DNA of 64,000 bases, taken from the human T2T-CHM13v2.0 reference genome, Homo sapiens. Below the pieces are notes generated by a model, which was given only the letters and a program-made list of their open reading frames with translations, was not told where the DNA came from and made no database searches. This document shows positions 47,611-61,963 of this stretch, in pieces. Made by a program: the position numbers and the translations under genes. Each line of letters begins with the position of its first letter. The first letter of the stretch is position 1. The stretch lies in the NCBI RefSeq assembly GCF_009914755.1, contig NC_060928.1. One strand, given 5' to 3'.

Positions 47611-49689
47611 TATTTACCATATTTTAATTGCTAGAATACTGAAATGCAGGGACCACATGGAGATTAAGTAATCTAAGGTCACACCCATAATAACCGACCA
47701 CAGTCTAGTATTAATAGTTAGGAGCCCCCACCCTTTTAAATGTGCCGCTGAACCACCACCTTATGGTAAAAGGGATGTAGAACTGCACCTGGCCCACATA
47801 ATTGTGTGTCCGCACCTGTTGGGACAGTGTAAGGAAGAGGTGCTGGGCAGATGGAAATAGTAGCTGTTAAAACCAGCTTCACACTATTGAAAACCATGTA
47901 AAACAAGGCTTCCAGGCATAAGTGATCTGAACTAGAGGAAAAAGTACTAGGTATTTCCATTACAAACAGATCTTAAGAAACTGCATTCACATAATGATGT
48001 TGAAAAAGTTTATTAATTATAAATAATGTATTTTTAAGGCAATATACCCAAATATTTCAATATTTTTTCTAACAGACGACAGTAGGACAGGAAGATTGTC
48101 TAACATCTTTTCTCTGGGTTGTAGTCCTTCGTTATCTGCTTTCAAAACCAATGTCCTGTCGAAATGGAAGGAAAGAGAGAGAAGGAGGAAAATGCATTTA
48201 TACAGGAATATAATTTCAGTGGTCCTGTTGAGATCAGTTCCAAAGGGATGACTGACTTAAATGCCTGGTTCTCAGAAGGGATGTAAATACAGTCTAGCTG
48301 AGAGGGAGCTGGTGAGAAATTACAGTAGGTGGAAGTTATCGTTGGCTACTAGCCAAATATTGTATGTATGTATTCTGTTTCTGTTCTGTATTAGCCAAAT
48401 GCCAAACGTATTCTGTTTCTGTTCTGTTTCAGTCATTTTGTGGATTAACTACTCGTCTTGGGCTGTCCAGACCAGAAGAAGAAAAAATTTATTTTCACAG
48501 TGATGATTCATGTAGTACCTGAGACTGAAATATTAAGATAACTTTCTAGTCTGTGCTACAAAATGCAGTTTTTGTTAGGGAGATACATAGATCTAGAGGC
48601 AAGTAAGAGTTCATCAAAAGAGAGCTCCTATATAGCAGTTTGATTTTTTTTTTTTTTTTTGGTACAGAGAAGCAAAAAAAAAAAAAAATCATTAAAGCTT
48701 GACGCTCAGTGTGAGATTCTACAAAAGATCATGATGCACCACAGGATGTAGAACTAATGAACCCAAAGACAAGCTTCAAAGCAAAACAACTATGTAACTG
48801 AGGAGTACAAAGCAGCCTAACCCCAAAAGCACCATTTTTCTTGCCTCACACAAGAATTTCTTGTTTCTGTGGAGTACAAAAGTACTCTATATTAAGTGAC
48901 ACGGAAAACAACATTTAAAATGATGGAGTTTTTATTTTATGCATATATTTTACCAATTTGCTTGTTAAGAATTTCTCATGCATTCTTATTCCTTGTTCGT
49001 GTTACATTTTGTTCACTACAGCTGAGTAGTGCCTTCAATGAAAGCCTATGAGTGGTTAAACCCTCAGTCTGTGTTGTTATAAATCCAACAACTTCTGTCC
49101 TTTTAACTGTTGAGTTTAATCTGTTTACATTTATTGTGATATCAGACAAATGTGGATATCTATCTACCACCTTATTCTGTGCATTCTGTTCATCCTGATT
49201 TTCCTTTGCTCATTTTCTTTCTCCTTTCTTATCTTCTCATAATTTGGCTAAATGTTTTTTTATACTCCTTTATCTCTATTGGTTTGGAAGTACACACTTT
49301 TTTTCTCTCTTCATTTAGTTTTACATCCTGTGGTGTGTAAGTTTTCTTACATCCTGTTTTCTTATGTGTTTGATTTCCTTTTTCCTGCAAAATGCTTTCA
49401 GTAAAAATGTTTTAGTCGCTCAGTCTCAGTTTTGTTCAAAATGGTAGGTTATCTGACTATAGAATTCAAGGTTGATTGTTATTTCCCCTCAGAACTTTGA
49501 AGATACTCCTTTGCCTCTGCCGTCTATTAATTCACCTTATGTAAATTTAATTGCTTTCCTTTGTAGGCAATCTCTTTTTTTTTCAGGCATTATAAGAATT
49601 TTTTGTTTCTGGGGTTCTGTAGTTTCATCACATTGTGTCAGGGACAGAGTTAATTTCATTTTTCCTGCCTGGGACTCATTTATTATGAT

Positions 49690-49821
49690 TTTTTAAAATA
49701 AAAATAGAAATATGGTTTCACCCTGTTGCCCAGGCTAGTCTTGAACCCCTGGGCTCAAGTAATCTTCCTGCCTCAGCCTCCCAGAGTGTTCGGATTACAC
49801 GCATGAGCCACTGCGTCCAGC
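49690..49821 (-). mobile_element. Alu monomer (FLAM-like)
   Basis: Left arm only; TSD ggactcatt. Confidence 0.82.
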
Positions 49822-50459
49822 TAGGACTCATTATACTTCTTAAATCTAAGGACTCATCCTGAGAATCCTTAGATTTGAGAAGTGGGGCCTGATTTGGGGA
49901 ATCTGAACCCAGGTGTGGTATGGAGGAGCAGCCCGGCTAACTGGATTAAATGAAAAGCAACAGATTTGGTTCATACCATTTGTTTATTCAAAACTATCAT
50001 ATCCCCCTATCAAGGGGGGAATGGTAGGCTCCTCAAGATGGGTTTGAGGTGAGGTGTAAACTAAAAGGAAGACCTGAGTTTTGGTGAGTCATTCTTGAAA
50101 TTCAGCTCTGCATGCATGATGGGTTTGTGTAAGATTTTCAGAATTTTAATAATAACCCTCTAAAAAGGGTTGTTACAGGGTATGGTAGTTTCTCTTTTAA
50201 GCTTTACTAACATGTCTGAGGATTGTCAATATTCTTGGGGTTTCTAAATAAAAACTTGTACAGGAGTGTCTTTGCTTTAAAAAATTTTTTATTTTCAATT
50301 TCCCAAGTAACCATAGTTTCCTACTGGCATGCAAAAAAGGTTTAATATTTGACCCCTTGTTATTAATCACTTATCTTTGTATATGGTAATTTTGGTGTTG
50401 TAAACCTATTGTTTTTGAATTATTAATTTTTTTTACCCTGGCCTACCAGTCTCTCAGAA

Positions 50460-51620
50460 TTGTGTGATTTTGAAACAGTCTCAAACATAACATAAAGAAA
50501 GTTGTAACCACAGTGGGAAGACTATTTTGTTTCTGAACTATTTGAGAATACATTGCAAACTTGATGCCAGTTCCCCTGAAACATAAGAACATTCTCCAAC
50601 TTAATGACAAACAACCATCAAAATAGGAAAATTAATGTTAGTACATAACCACCATCTAATTTTTAGACCTCATTAAAATCTTGCCAATTTTTCCAATAAT
50701 GTTCTTTATTGGCAGAAGTTCAGAATCACAGTTTAATTTAGTTGTCATGTCTCCTCCACTCTGGATCAGTACAACATTCTTTGACATTCATGATTTGACT
50801 CTTTTAAAGATTACAATTATTTTGTAGAATGCCTCTGTTTGGGTTTGTCTGGTATTTCCTTGTGATTTGCTTCAGATTATATAGCATCTTTGTCGGGAAT
50901 ATCTCAAAAGTGTCCCATGTATTCTCATTGCATGATTTCAACTCACCCCATTACTGATAATATTAATTTTGATCAATTAAGATGGTATCTGTCAGGCTTC
51001 TTCCCTTTGAAGTTATTATTTTTCCTTTGGGATTAATGCTTTTGTGTGAAGGCATTTTAAAACTGTGTAAATATCTCATTCCTTATTAAACTTTAAATTT
51101 ATTCAGTTAATTATGTCAGAATACACTCATGGTTTCCTATCTCCTTCAGTGGATTATAATTTGTTACTATCATTATTTAATGCTAAAAATTGTTCCAGAT
51201 TTTACCACAGGGACACCCTTTGACCTGCCTTCTGGGTTCTTTTGATAAGTCTTCCATCATCCATTGAGCACTTCCTTGCTTTCTAGTACAGCAAGATGCT
51301 CTAGGTTCATTTTGTCCTTATCCATGCCCAGCCCTAGAATAGCCATTTCTCCAAGGAGGCTTGCTTCCTCTTAGGTAAGCATAGTATCTGGTGCCAAGAG
51401 CTAGATGCTAGATGTTATTAGAAGTGCCACTGCTCATAGGCTCTCTCAGAAAGAGAATATACATATACATATATATGTCAGTATGAAAACATAAATATGT
51501 AAAATTTAAAATTTCTATACTTACATACACACGTACATTAAACATTTGCATCTTTTAAAAATTTTATATTTAATTTCATTTAATTATATTTCTTTACATT
51601 ATTACACATTAAAAACCATG
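50460..51620 (-). mobile_element. L1MC4/5-like relic
   Basis: taagaacattctcc, atttagttgtcatgtctc and agccatttctccaaggag motifs. Confidence 0.65.
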
Positions 51621-51914
51621 AATTCACACCAGTACTTCAGTCTAACACTACAGGGTTTATTCTACTCCCTTTCCATAATTGTAGTTCCATTCTTGCACAG
51701 GATAAATCTGACTTCCATTATTCTTGATATATTTTTTTCTTCTGCATGTGACAGTCTTTCATCTCCACTACCACTCCTTCCCCTGCAGAGATGGCTTTCT
51801 TACCCCAACTGGGCTCCAACATTTTTTTCTGAGCCTATTTCCCATGTGGAGGCCGTCTTCATCCCATTTGGGCTATGACACCCACACTAATTGCGCCTCC
51901 ACTGTTTAGAAACC

Positions 51915-52240
51915 TTCCTCGCCACCCTTCTGTAGGCCAAAAGTTAAAGTTCAAGGTGTTGGCTCAGTTGGTTTCTTCTGAAGCCTTCTTGGCTTGTACA
52001 TGGCTGTTTTGTAAATGGCTGTCTTCTCCCTGTGTCCTCACACCGTCTTTCTTCTGGGTGTACATGTCTGTCCAAATCACCACTTCTTGTAAAGACACCA
52101 GTTATGTCGGATTAGGGCCTATACTAATGACTTCATTTTAACTTAACCTCTTTAAAGTACAGTCACATTCTGAGGTACTAGGGGTTAAGACTTCAATATA
52201 TGAATTTGCAGGGGGTGGGGCACAGTTCAGCTCATAATAG
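51915..52240 (-). mobile_element. MLT1B/C-type MaLR LTR fragment
   Basis: aagacaccagttatgtcggattagggcc...cagtcacattctgaggtactaggggttaagacttcaa. Confidence 0.75.
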
Positions 52241-52359
52241 TGTTCTATTCAGCTTCCACTTGAGTTTAGTTCTCTTCTTCCTGAAGAAGTTCTTTAGCAA
52301 AAATCTGTGGAAATAAGCCATAATCTTGATTATACCTGAAAAACTCATTTCTTTCAGCC

Positions 52360-52720
52360 TTGCTGTAATCTCTTTTGTGCTGCTGTAACAGAACCATAGA
52401 CTGGGTAATTAATAATGAACAGAAATGTATTTAGTTCACAGTTCTGGAGGCTGGAAAATCCAAGATTGAGAGGTCGCATCTGGTCAGGTTCTTCTTGCTG
52501 CATTATCCCATGGCAGAAGGTGAAAGGGCAAGAGGGGGAGAGAGAAAGCTCAATCAAACCCGCAGCCTCAGGCCCTTTTATAATTGGCATCAATCCATTT
52601 ATGAAGGTGGAGCCCTCATGACCTAAGCACCTCCCATTAGACCCCACCTCCCAGCACCGTTGCATTGGGCATTAGGTTTCCAACACATGGACTCTGGGGG
52701 ACACAATCAAATCACAGCAA
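52360..52720 (-). mobile_element. MST-type MaLR LTR
   Basis: tgctgctgtaacagaaccatagactgggtaatt...acctcccattagaccccacctcc...acagca. Confidence 0.8.
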
Positions 52721-53042
52721 GCCTGAAGTAATTTTCCTGAGCATAATATTCTAGGTTGGTAATTATTTTCCTTAGCATCTTGAAAACATTCCTGCATTTA
52801 TTTAACGTGTATTTACTGAGCCCCTATTATGTTTCAGGCGCTATTCTAGGTGCTGGGGATACAGCAGTGAACCAGACCAAGTCCCTGCCTGCTCCTGGGG
52901 AGTATGCACTCTAGTGGGAGGAAATGAAATGGCATTTGTACAAATTGTATGAACATAAGCTTTCATTTCTCTAGGGTAAAGAGCTAGGGGTGGGATTACT
53001 GGGTCACATATAAATGTATATTTAACTTTATAAAGAACGGTC

Positions 53043-53410
<368 letters not shown>

Positions 53411-53534
53411 TTAGTTGCTTTTTGTATTCCTAGAGTTTCTATGTCTTTCCGTGTTGCACCTAGGAGAGTTATTGTCCAATTCATTCGTTTTCTATTGACT
53501 TTATTCAGACTAGAATTTAGGCTATTAAGGTGGG

Positions 53535-53881
<347 letters not shown>

Positions 53882-54218
53882 TAATCATAGTCACTCATTT
53901 TTGTTTTATTTCTACCAACTTTAGTATCATAATTTCTTGTTCATTTTCTGGAAGCCAGTTATCCCTTTTATCTTTGTGAAGACACTAAATATAATTTATG
54001 TTAACATCAGTTTTGGAAGACTCTTATTTTCTCTAAAGTAAATTAATCTTAAAAATAAATGTGTTGTTTTTTTTTCTTAGCATTTAATTCCTCATGTATT
54101 CAAATTTTGGATTACAGATTCTAAGTAGGAATTTATCCTTCTTTCTGCACTTACCCTTTTCTGTCTAGTAATTTTATATTGCTTCCAACTGGATTCCTGT
54201 GGCCTGAGCCAGCTCTTA

Positions 54219-54578
<360 letters not shown>

Positions 54579-54739
54579 TCATAGATCAAGTTCTGAAACT
54601 ACTGGAAGGCTTAGCTTGATCTTCACATGGGCCACTTTTAGTCTCCTGCCAATAGAATGTCAAATTCTCAGTTACTTCTTGTTTTGGACTATTAAAAGAT
54701 AATTTTCAGAAATAGGTAAAATCATAATGCTCATATGGG

Positions 54740-55545
54740 GTACTATGATCTCTTTCTACCCACAGAACACTCTGGCAGCACATGTGTGGATATTTTCCTC
54801 ATACCAACAACCAATTCTCCAACTTTCCAAACACCATCTGGGTGTCCTACAATTTAAATCAATACTGACACTACCTACCTGGAGTTAACATCAGATCCCA
54901 CAAGTTAATAGCTTAGTGCCACAAGACTGTCCCACTTAAGATGCCAATTATAAGTCCTGGGCCTCTCATGTTTCTCACAGGAGGCTGTAAATCAGGGGTT
55001 CCCATGACCCCCTCCTCAACCTCAGCTATTTACTAAAATTGCTCACAAAACTCAAGGAAACACTTTACTTATGTTTACTGGTTTATTATAAGGATATTCT
55101 AAAGGATACAGCTAAACTGTTGGATTAAGAGATACATAAAGCAAGGTACAGTTTGTGTGAACATAGTTTTCACTGTTGGGAGGTCCCAAGCCCAGAAGCT
55201 TCTGTCTCATGAAGTTGGATTATGTCACCCTCCCAACACGTGGTTGCATTCACCAACCTGAAAATTCGCTGAACCTCATCGTTTAGGGACTTTCATGGAG
55301 GTTTCATCATGTGGGCATAATGGATTTTATTAACTCAGTCTCCAGCCTCTGTCCCCTTCCTGGAGGCTGGGAAGATGGGACTGAACATTCTAGGCTTTTA
55401 ATCAAGGTTTGATCTTTCTAGCAACCAGCCCCATCCTGAAGCCATCTAGCATCCCACCAAGAGTTACCTTGTTAAAACCACAGAAACTTCAATCACTCGT
55501 GAAATTCCAAGGGATTCAGGAGCTCTGTGGTCAGGAACAAAAAAT
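54740..55545 (-). mobile_element. MER21-type LTR
   Basis: ctgggtgtcctacaatt...gacactacctacctggagttaacatcagatcccaca; gaaattccaagggattcaggagctctgtg. Confidence 0.78.
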
Positions 55546-55744
55546 GCTTCATGGTTAAAGAGAAGCCCAAATCATCTTTTGCCCTGATAGCAAATTCCAT
55601 TTAAAGGCAGTAACACTTGACCAGGCACTAAAATTTGGAATTCGGAATGATTCTACGCAGAAATCTAGCATGTTGCCACGAAGCCTGGGGCAGCAGGGGG
55701 TGTGTGTGTGTGGTGGTGGGGGTTGTGGGGAGGTTGGCTAAAGC

Positions 55745-55927
55745 CCAGCTTCTCACAGTGTGGTTGTCACCCTTGAAACTTCAGTTTACCTCTGGAGCTT
55801 ATTAAAAATGCAAATCCTCACAAACTGACCTTTTAGATTAAAAATCTCTGTGTATGGGGTCTGGGAATCTGTGTTTTTAAGGCTTCCAGGTGATTATTAG
55901 GCAAGCAAAAGCTTGAGAAAGCCCTGC
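55745..55927. mobile_element. MER5-type hAT MITE
   Basis: gagcttattaaaaatgcaaatcctc...ctgggaatctgtgtttttaag...ccaggtgatt...ttgagaa. Confidence 0.75.
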
Positions 55928-56302
55928 TGTTTTTCTCAGGCCACTCTGCCTTCTTTCAGCATCTTCTGGTTGTCATGTGGGTGCCTCTATCTTGTGGGTG
56001 CTACAGTTACTTCTTCAGTAGTACACCTGCAACTTTATCAGTATATTAAATGATACTTTGTAATCATTTTATATTGCCTCCAACTGGATTCCTGGATTCT
56101 CACAGGCATTATCACCAATGGCATTTAGGAACCTGACTCATATGTCTTTAGCATTATACGGACTCTAGCATAGAATTTGGTAGGTAACGTGTAGAAAAAA
56201 ATCTGGAAGGATACATGCCAAACCACTGGCAGTGGTTACCTCTGGGGAGACTTCCAGGATTATAGAGAAGTAAAGGGAGGGGCTCTAACTTTTACTCTCT
56301 AC

Positions 56303-56605
56303 TTTTTTTTTTTTTTTTTTTTTTTTTGGAGACAGGGTTTCCCTCTGTGGCCCAGGCTGAAGTGCAGTAGCTACAATCTCGGTTCACTGCAGCCGCCTCC
56401 TCCTGGGCTCAAGCAATCCTCCTGCCTCAGCCTCCCAAGTAGCCAGGACTACAGGCATGTGCCACCATGCCAGACTTTTTCTGTAATTTTTGTAGAGACA
56501 GGGTTTCACCATGTTACCTGGGCTCAAACTTCTGGGCTCAAGCAATCCGTCTGCCTCAGCCTCCCAAAGTGCTGGGATTATAGGCATGAGCCATCACGCC
56601 TGGCC
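56303..56605 (-). mobile_element. AluJ
   Basis: T tail of ~25; ctgggctcaagcaatcc. Confidence 0.92.
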
Positions 56606-56872
56606 TACTCCCTACCTTCGTGTATTTGACTTTTATGCACAGAAAATTATCTGTCTCATTGTTTTTATAGAAGAATTTTGATAGAGAATTCTGATGTGTC
56701 TCATTTTTATGTAGTTTTGCTAAAAGTAGTAGACGGTATTGTAATATCCATTATCCACACTTGGAGAACTTCTACCTATATTTATTTATTGAGAGTTGCA
56801 TCTATTTTAAGACATCATCTGCCTTTTTCTTCTCATCTTAGTAGTGAGCTACATTTTTAGAAATAATGCTCA

Positions 56873-57182
<310 letters not shown>

Positions 57183-57771
57183 TCAAATGAACAGTCTTAA
57201 TGTAAAAGATGATGTTGTGTTGACATTTATTGCCTATGTTGTGTTTAATACTAAAATATGTATTTGAATGTTTTGTTTTACTTATTGATGAGGTTCTTTT
57301 AATTTTGAACATAATGGACCTTCATTTGGGTCAGTGTCATCTTTATTTTTTGAAACAGCGAACACACTTTTAACCACTGATTTATTATTTTAATAGTGTA
57401 CCCTCAAATCCTGAAAAATTTAAAAATGCAGTTTATAAAAGAATTATTCTTTGCACAATTACTGGCAAACTTATTGTTAATAAACTACTGTAAGGTGATG
57501 CATTAAAAAATCTGGATCAGTATGTTACAGCCACCGTGTTGTGACTTTGGTACTAATTTCTCTGGTACAAGTCCTTTTGAGTTCCAAATGCCTGTGAACC
57601 AATTCCCCAATGCCTGTTCTTTCTACTCCCACAATATCTTTGTTCACACAGTGCACCATGATATTATTCGGTCTTCATTAAGCACCAGTGCAATTGTGTA
57701 AACACAAACACCAATGCAAGCCCCCAAAACATGTTCCGTGGTGAGGTGGCCATTCAGATGTTGTAGACTCA

Positions 57772-58128
57772 GCACTGCTGTCCAATAGAACTTTCTGTGA
57801 TGATAGAAATATGCTATTCCTGCGCTTTTGCTTTTCAGTGAGATAGCCATTAGGCATAGGGAGCTTTTGAGCCCTTGAAATGTGGCAAAGGTGACTGAGG
57901 TTCTGAATGTTTGTGTACATAATTTTTTTGTGGTTGCTGTTTATAGGAGACAGGGTCTCACTGTGTCGGCCAGGCTGGCCTTGAACTCCTGAGCTCAAGC
58001 AATCCTCCTGCTTCGGCCTCCCATAGTGCTAGGATTACAGGCGTGAGCCATCGTGTCCCACCCGTACATAATTTTAACTAATTTAAATAACCACATTTAA
58101 CAAGTGTCTACCATATCGGACAGCACAG
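57772..58128. mobile_element. MER3/MER33 MITE with a nested Alu monomer (57925-58063, minus)
   Basis: gcactgctgtccaatagaactttctgtgatgatagaaat ... atatcggacagcacag; TSD gtacataatttt. Confidence 0.78.
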
Positions 58129-58235
58129 ATCTAGAGCAGTGTTTTTCAGACTCTAATGTGCATGTGAATCTTCTGAGGATCTTGTTAAAATGCAGACTGG
58201 AATTCAGTACATCTGGTCTGAATCTGTGATTCTGC

Positions 58236-58655
<420 letters not shown>

Positions 58656-58945
58656 TGAAAGTAAAAATTCTCACAGAACTCTAGGATTTTCAGGGGGCCT
58701 CATACCCCAATTTAGGGATCCCGTCCTGGTGTGCTACTGCTACAGCATACATAGTAGCAGGCAAGCATATAGCCAGGAAGGTTCAGTGAGCTTGCCAAGG
58801 GCTCACCCTGGGATGCATGACAAGTTGAGTTTTTCATTATGCTTTTCATATAGTATTAAAAAGAATCTTATGGTAAAATAAAGACACTTATTTCATCTTT
58901 CCCACTCTTTTTTTAAAAAAACAAATTAATTTTTCCTTCTTGTAG

Positions 58946-59021
58946 GTTTTGCGTGTGAAGCTGTGTGGAAATGTGAAATACTACCAGTCACACCATTATA
59001 GTACCGTGGTGCCACCTGATG
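58946..59021 (+). CDS. MCUB: MCUB/CCDC109B internal coding exon (probably exon 2), 76 nt, phase 0 to phase 1
   Basis: Acceptor ttttccttcttgtag|GTT and donor GAT G|gtaagc; translates VLRVKLCGNVKYYQSHHYSTVVPPD, which I recognise as the MCUB N-terminal region; joins the next exon in frame (G+AA=Glu). Confidence 0.95.
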
Positions 59022-59248
59022 GTAAGCTTTCTTACCATTTATTTGATTCATATGTTAATTGTTTCCCTTTCTTCCAAATAAAGAGCTGCGAGAGTTTTGA
59101 GCAGAATAGACTTTTCTTACACTATCCCCATCCCACCCCACCCTGATTGGGTTCACTTCCACCTTTTTGTGCTCCCATAATATAGCTGCTGTCTTTTGTC
59201 AAATTCCCACCTCAGCAATCAGAGGAGTCAGAGATGATAAGCAATAGT

Positions 59249-59555
<307 letters not shown>

Positions 59556-59593
59556 TCAAGAAAACTAGAACTTAAGTGTTTACCTGAGAAGAC

Positions 59594-59892
<299 letters not shown>

Positions 59893-60130
59893 ACCTGGGA
59901 AGACTTTAAGCAGATAATAAAGTGTGGTATGTGCTACACTAAAATGTTATAGAATGGTAGGGAATATGTAAACTGTAGTATAATGAAGGCATTATTGGAG
60001 CAATACAAATTTTTATAAGACTTCAGAGGTTTGTGAATTTCATGTTTGAGCATTCCTTCTAGAATTCTTGTATTTATGGTTTTTTTTAAAGTAAAATTTA
60101 CTCATTTTTTTTTCTTTTTTTCCTTAACAG

Positions 60131-60301
60131 AAATAACAGTTATTTATAGACATGGCCTTCCCTTGGTAACACTTACCTTGCCATCTAGAAAAGAACGTTG
60201 TCAATTCGTAGTCAAACCAATGTTGTCAACAGTTGGTTCATTCCTTCAGGACCTACAAAATGAAGATAAGGGTATCAAAACTGCAGCCATCTTCACAGCA
60301 G
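60131..60301 (+). CDS. MCUB: MCUB/CCDC109B internal coding exon (probably exon 3), 171 nt, symmetric phase 1-1, MCU N-terminal domain
   Basis: Long T tract plus ccttaacag|AA and donor GCA G|gtatat; encodes EITVIYRHGLPLVTLTLPSRKERCQFVVKPMLSTVGSFLQDLQNEDKGIKTAAIFTA (MCU-family LPSRxERCQF motif). Confidence 0.96.
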
Positions 60302-60373
60302 GTATATATGTATATAATTTTACAACTTTGTCCCAGGGTTTCTGTCTCTCCTGAACTTTTGTTTGGTTCTTTA

Positions 60374-60816
<443 letters not shown>

Positions 60817-61686
60817 TTAATGTAAATTTCAGTTACTTATTTTATAAACTTAGCCTTAAAGGTTTTTCATGAGAAAATCTTAGTGGCACAGGCATTAGCG
60901 TGCAATTCTCAGCAAAATTTGAATAATTAGAAAACAAAATGCAGTTTTAATTATTAAAATAAGCCAGTGAATAATTAAAGTACACAAAAAATTTGTTCAC
61001 CACTGTTATAAAGCAATTACAGTCTAGTATGTTTTTTGGCAGAATTAGTTCTTAGGAAGAATATACATTTTTTAAAAAACCAGAAGTATGTCATCACTTA
61101 GACATTTAAAATTTAGAATACAGCTTTCATGTTCTCATAGTCTGAAATGGTCTTAGACCAACTGCTTCTAAATAGAATAAAGAATTATTTACCCTATCCC
61201 ACTACATAGCAGCTGCAAATATAGATAAATTAATAAATTTGCATTATTTCATTATGATATTAAATACTTAGAATAAAGTTATTTAGGTTCATGATTACTG
61301 TTGCAGTTTTGAAAGGGAAATAAACAGACTTTTTCCCTATCCAAGTTCCAAATTAATTAAAAGATAGAGAAGTTGGAAAATGGAGATTAATTGATTCATT
61401 CAACAAATATTTATTGAGCACCTAATGTATGTCAGGCACTGTTCTATACGCTAGAGGTAGTGCAGAGAACAAAAGGGATAAAAACTCCTGCCCTTATGGA
61501 GCTTATATTTAGGAGGAGAAAAAAACAAGATAAATTATGTATTATGTTAAATAATAAGTGTTACGAAGAAAAATAAAGCAGAGTGTGGAAGATGTGTGTG
61601 GGCAGGGGTGGGCTTGATAAGATTACATTTGCACAAAGACCTGGGGGAAATGAGGGAGGGAGTCACGTAGAGGGAAGAGAGCTCTG

Positions 61687-61963
61687 GGCCGCATGCGGTG
61701 GCTCACACCTGTAATCCCAGCACTTTGGGAGGCCGAGGTGGGTGGATCACCTGAGGTCAGGGGTTTGAAACCAGCCTGGCCAACATAGCAAAACCCCTTC
61801 TCTACTAATAATACAAAAATTAGCCAGGTGTAGTGTTGCATACCTGTAATCCCAGCTACTCAGGAGGCTGAAGCAGGAGAATCGCTTGAACATGGGAGGC
61901 GGAGGTTGCTGTGGTCCGAGATGGCACCACTGCACTCCAGCCTGGGTGATAGAGTGAGACTGC
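61687..61963 (+). mobile_element. AluS lacking a poly(A) tail, within an L2 relic (~61390-62100)
   Basis: Ends ...agagtgagactgc|attgaggtggg. Confidence 0.88.

Noticed and set aside
48663-48672. tacagagaag resembling the U6 snRNA ACAGAGA box
   Set aside because: Only 10 nt with no other U6 sequence; compatible with chance.
58949-59146. ORF-track extensions beyond the MCUB exons (also 60046-60354)
   Set aside because: Read-through into introns; true limits are the splice sites.
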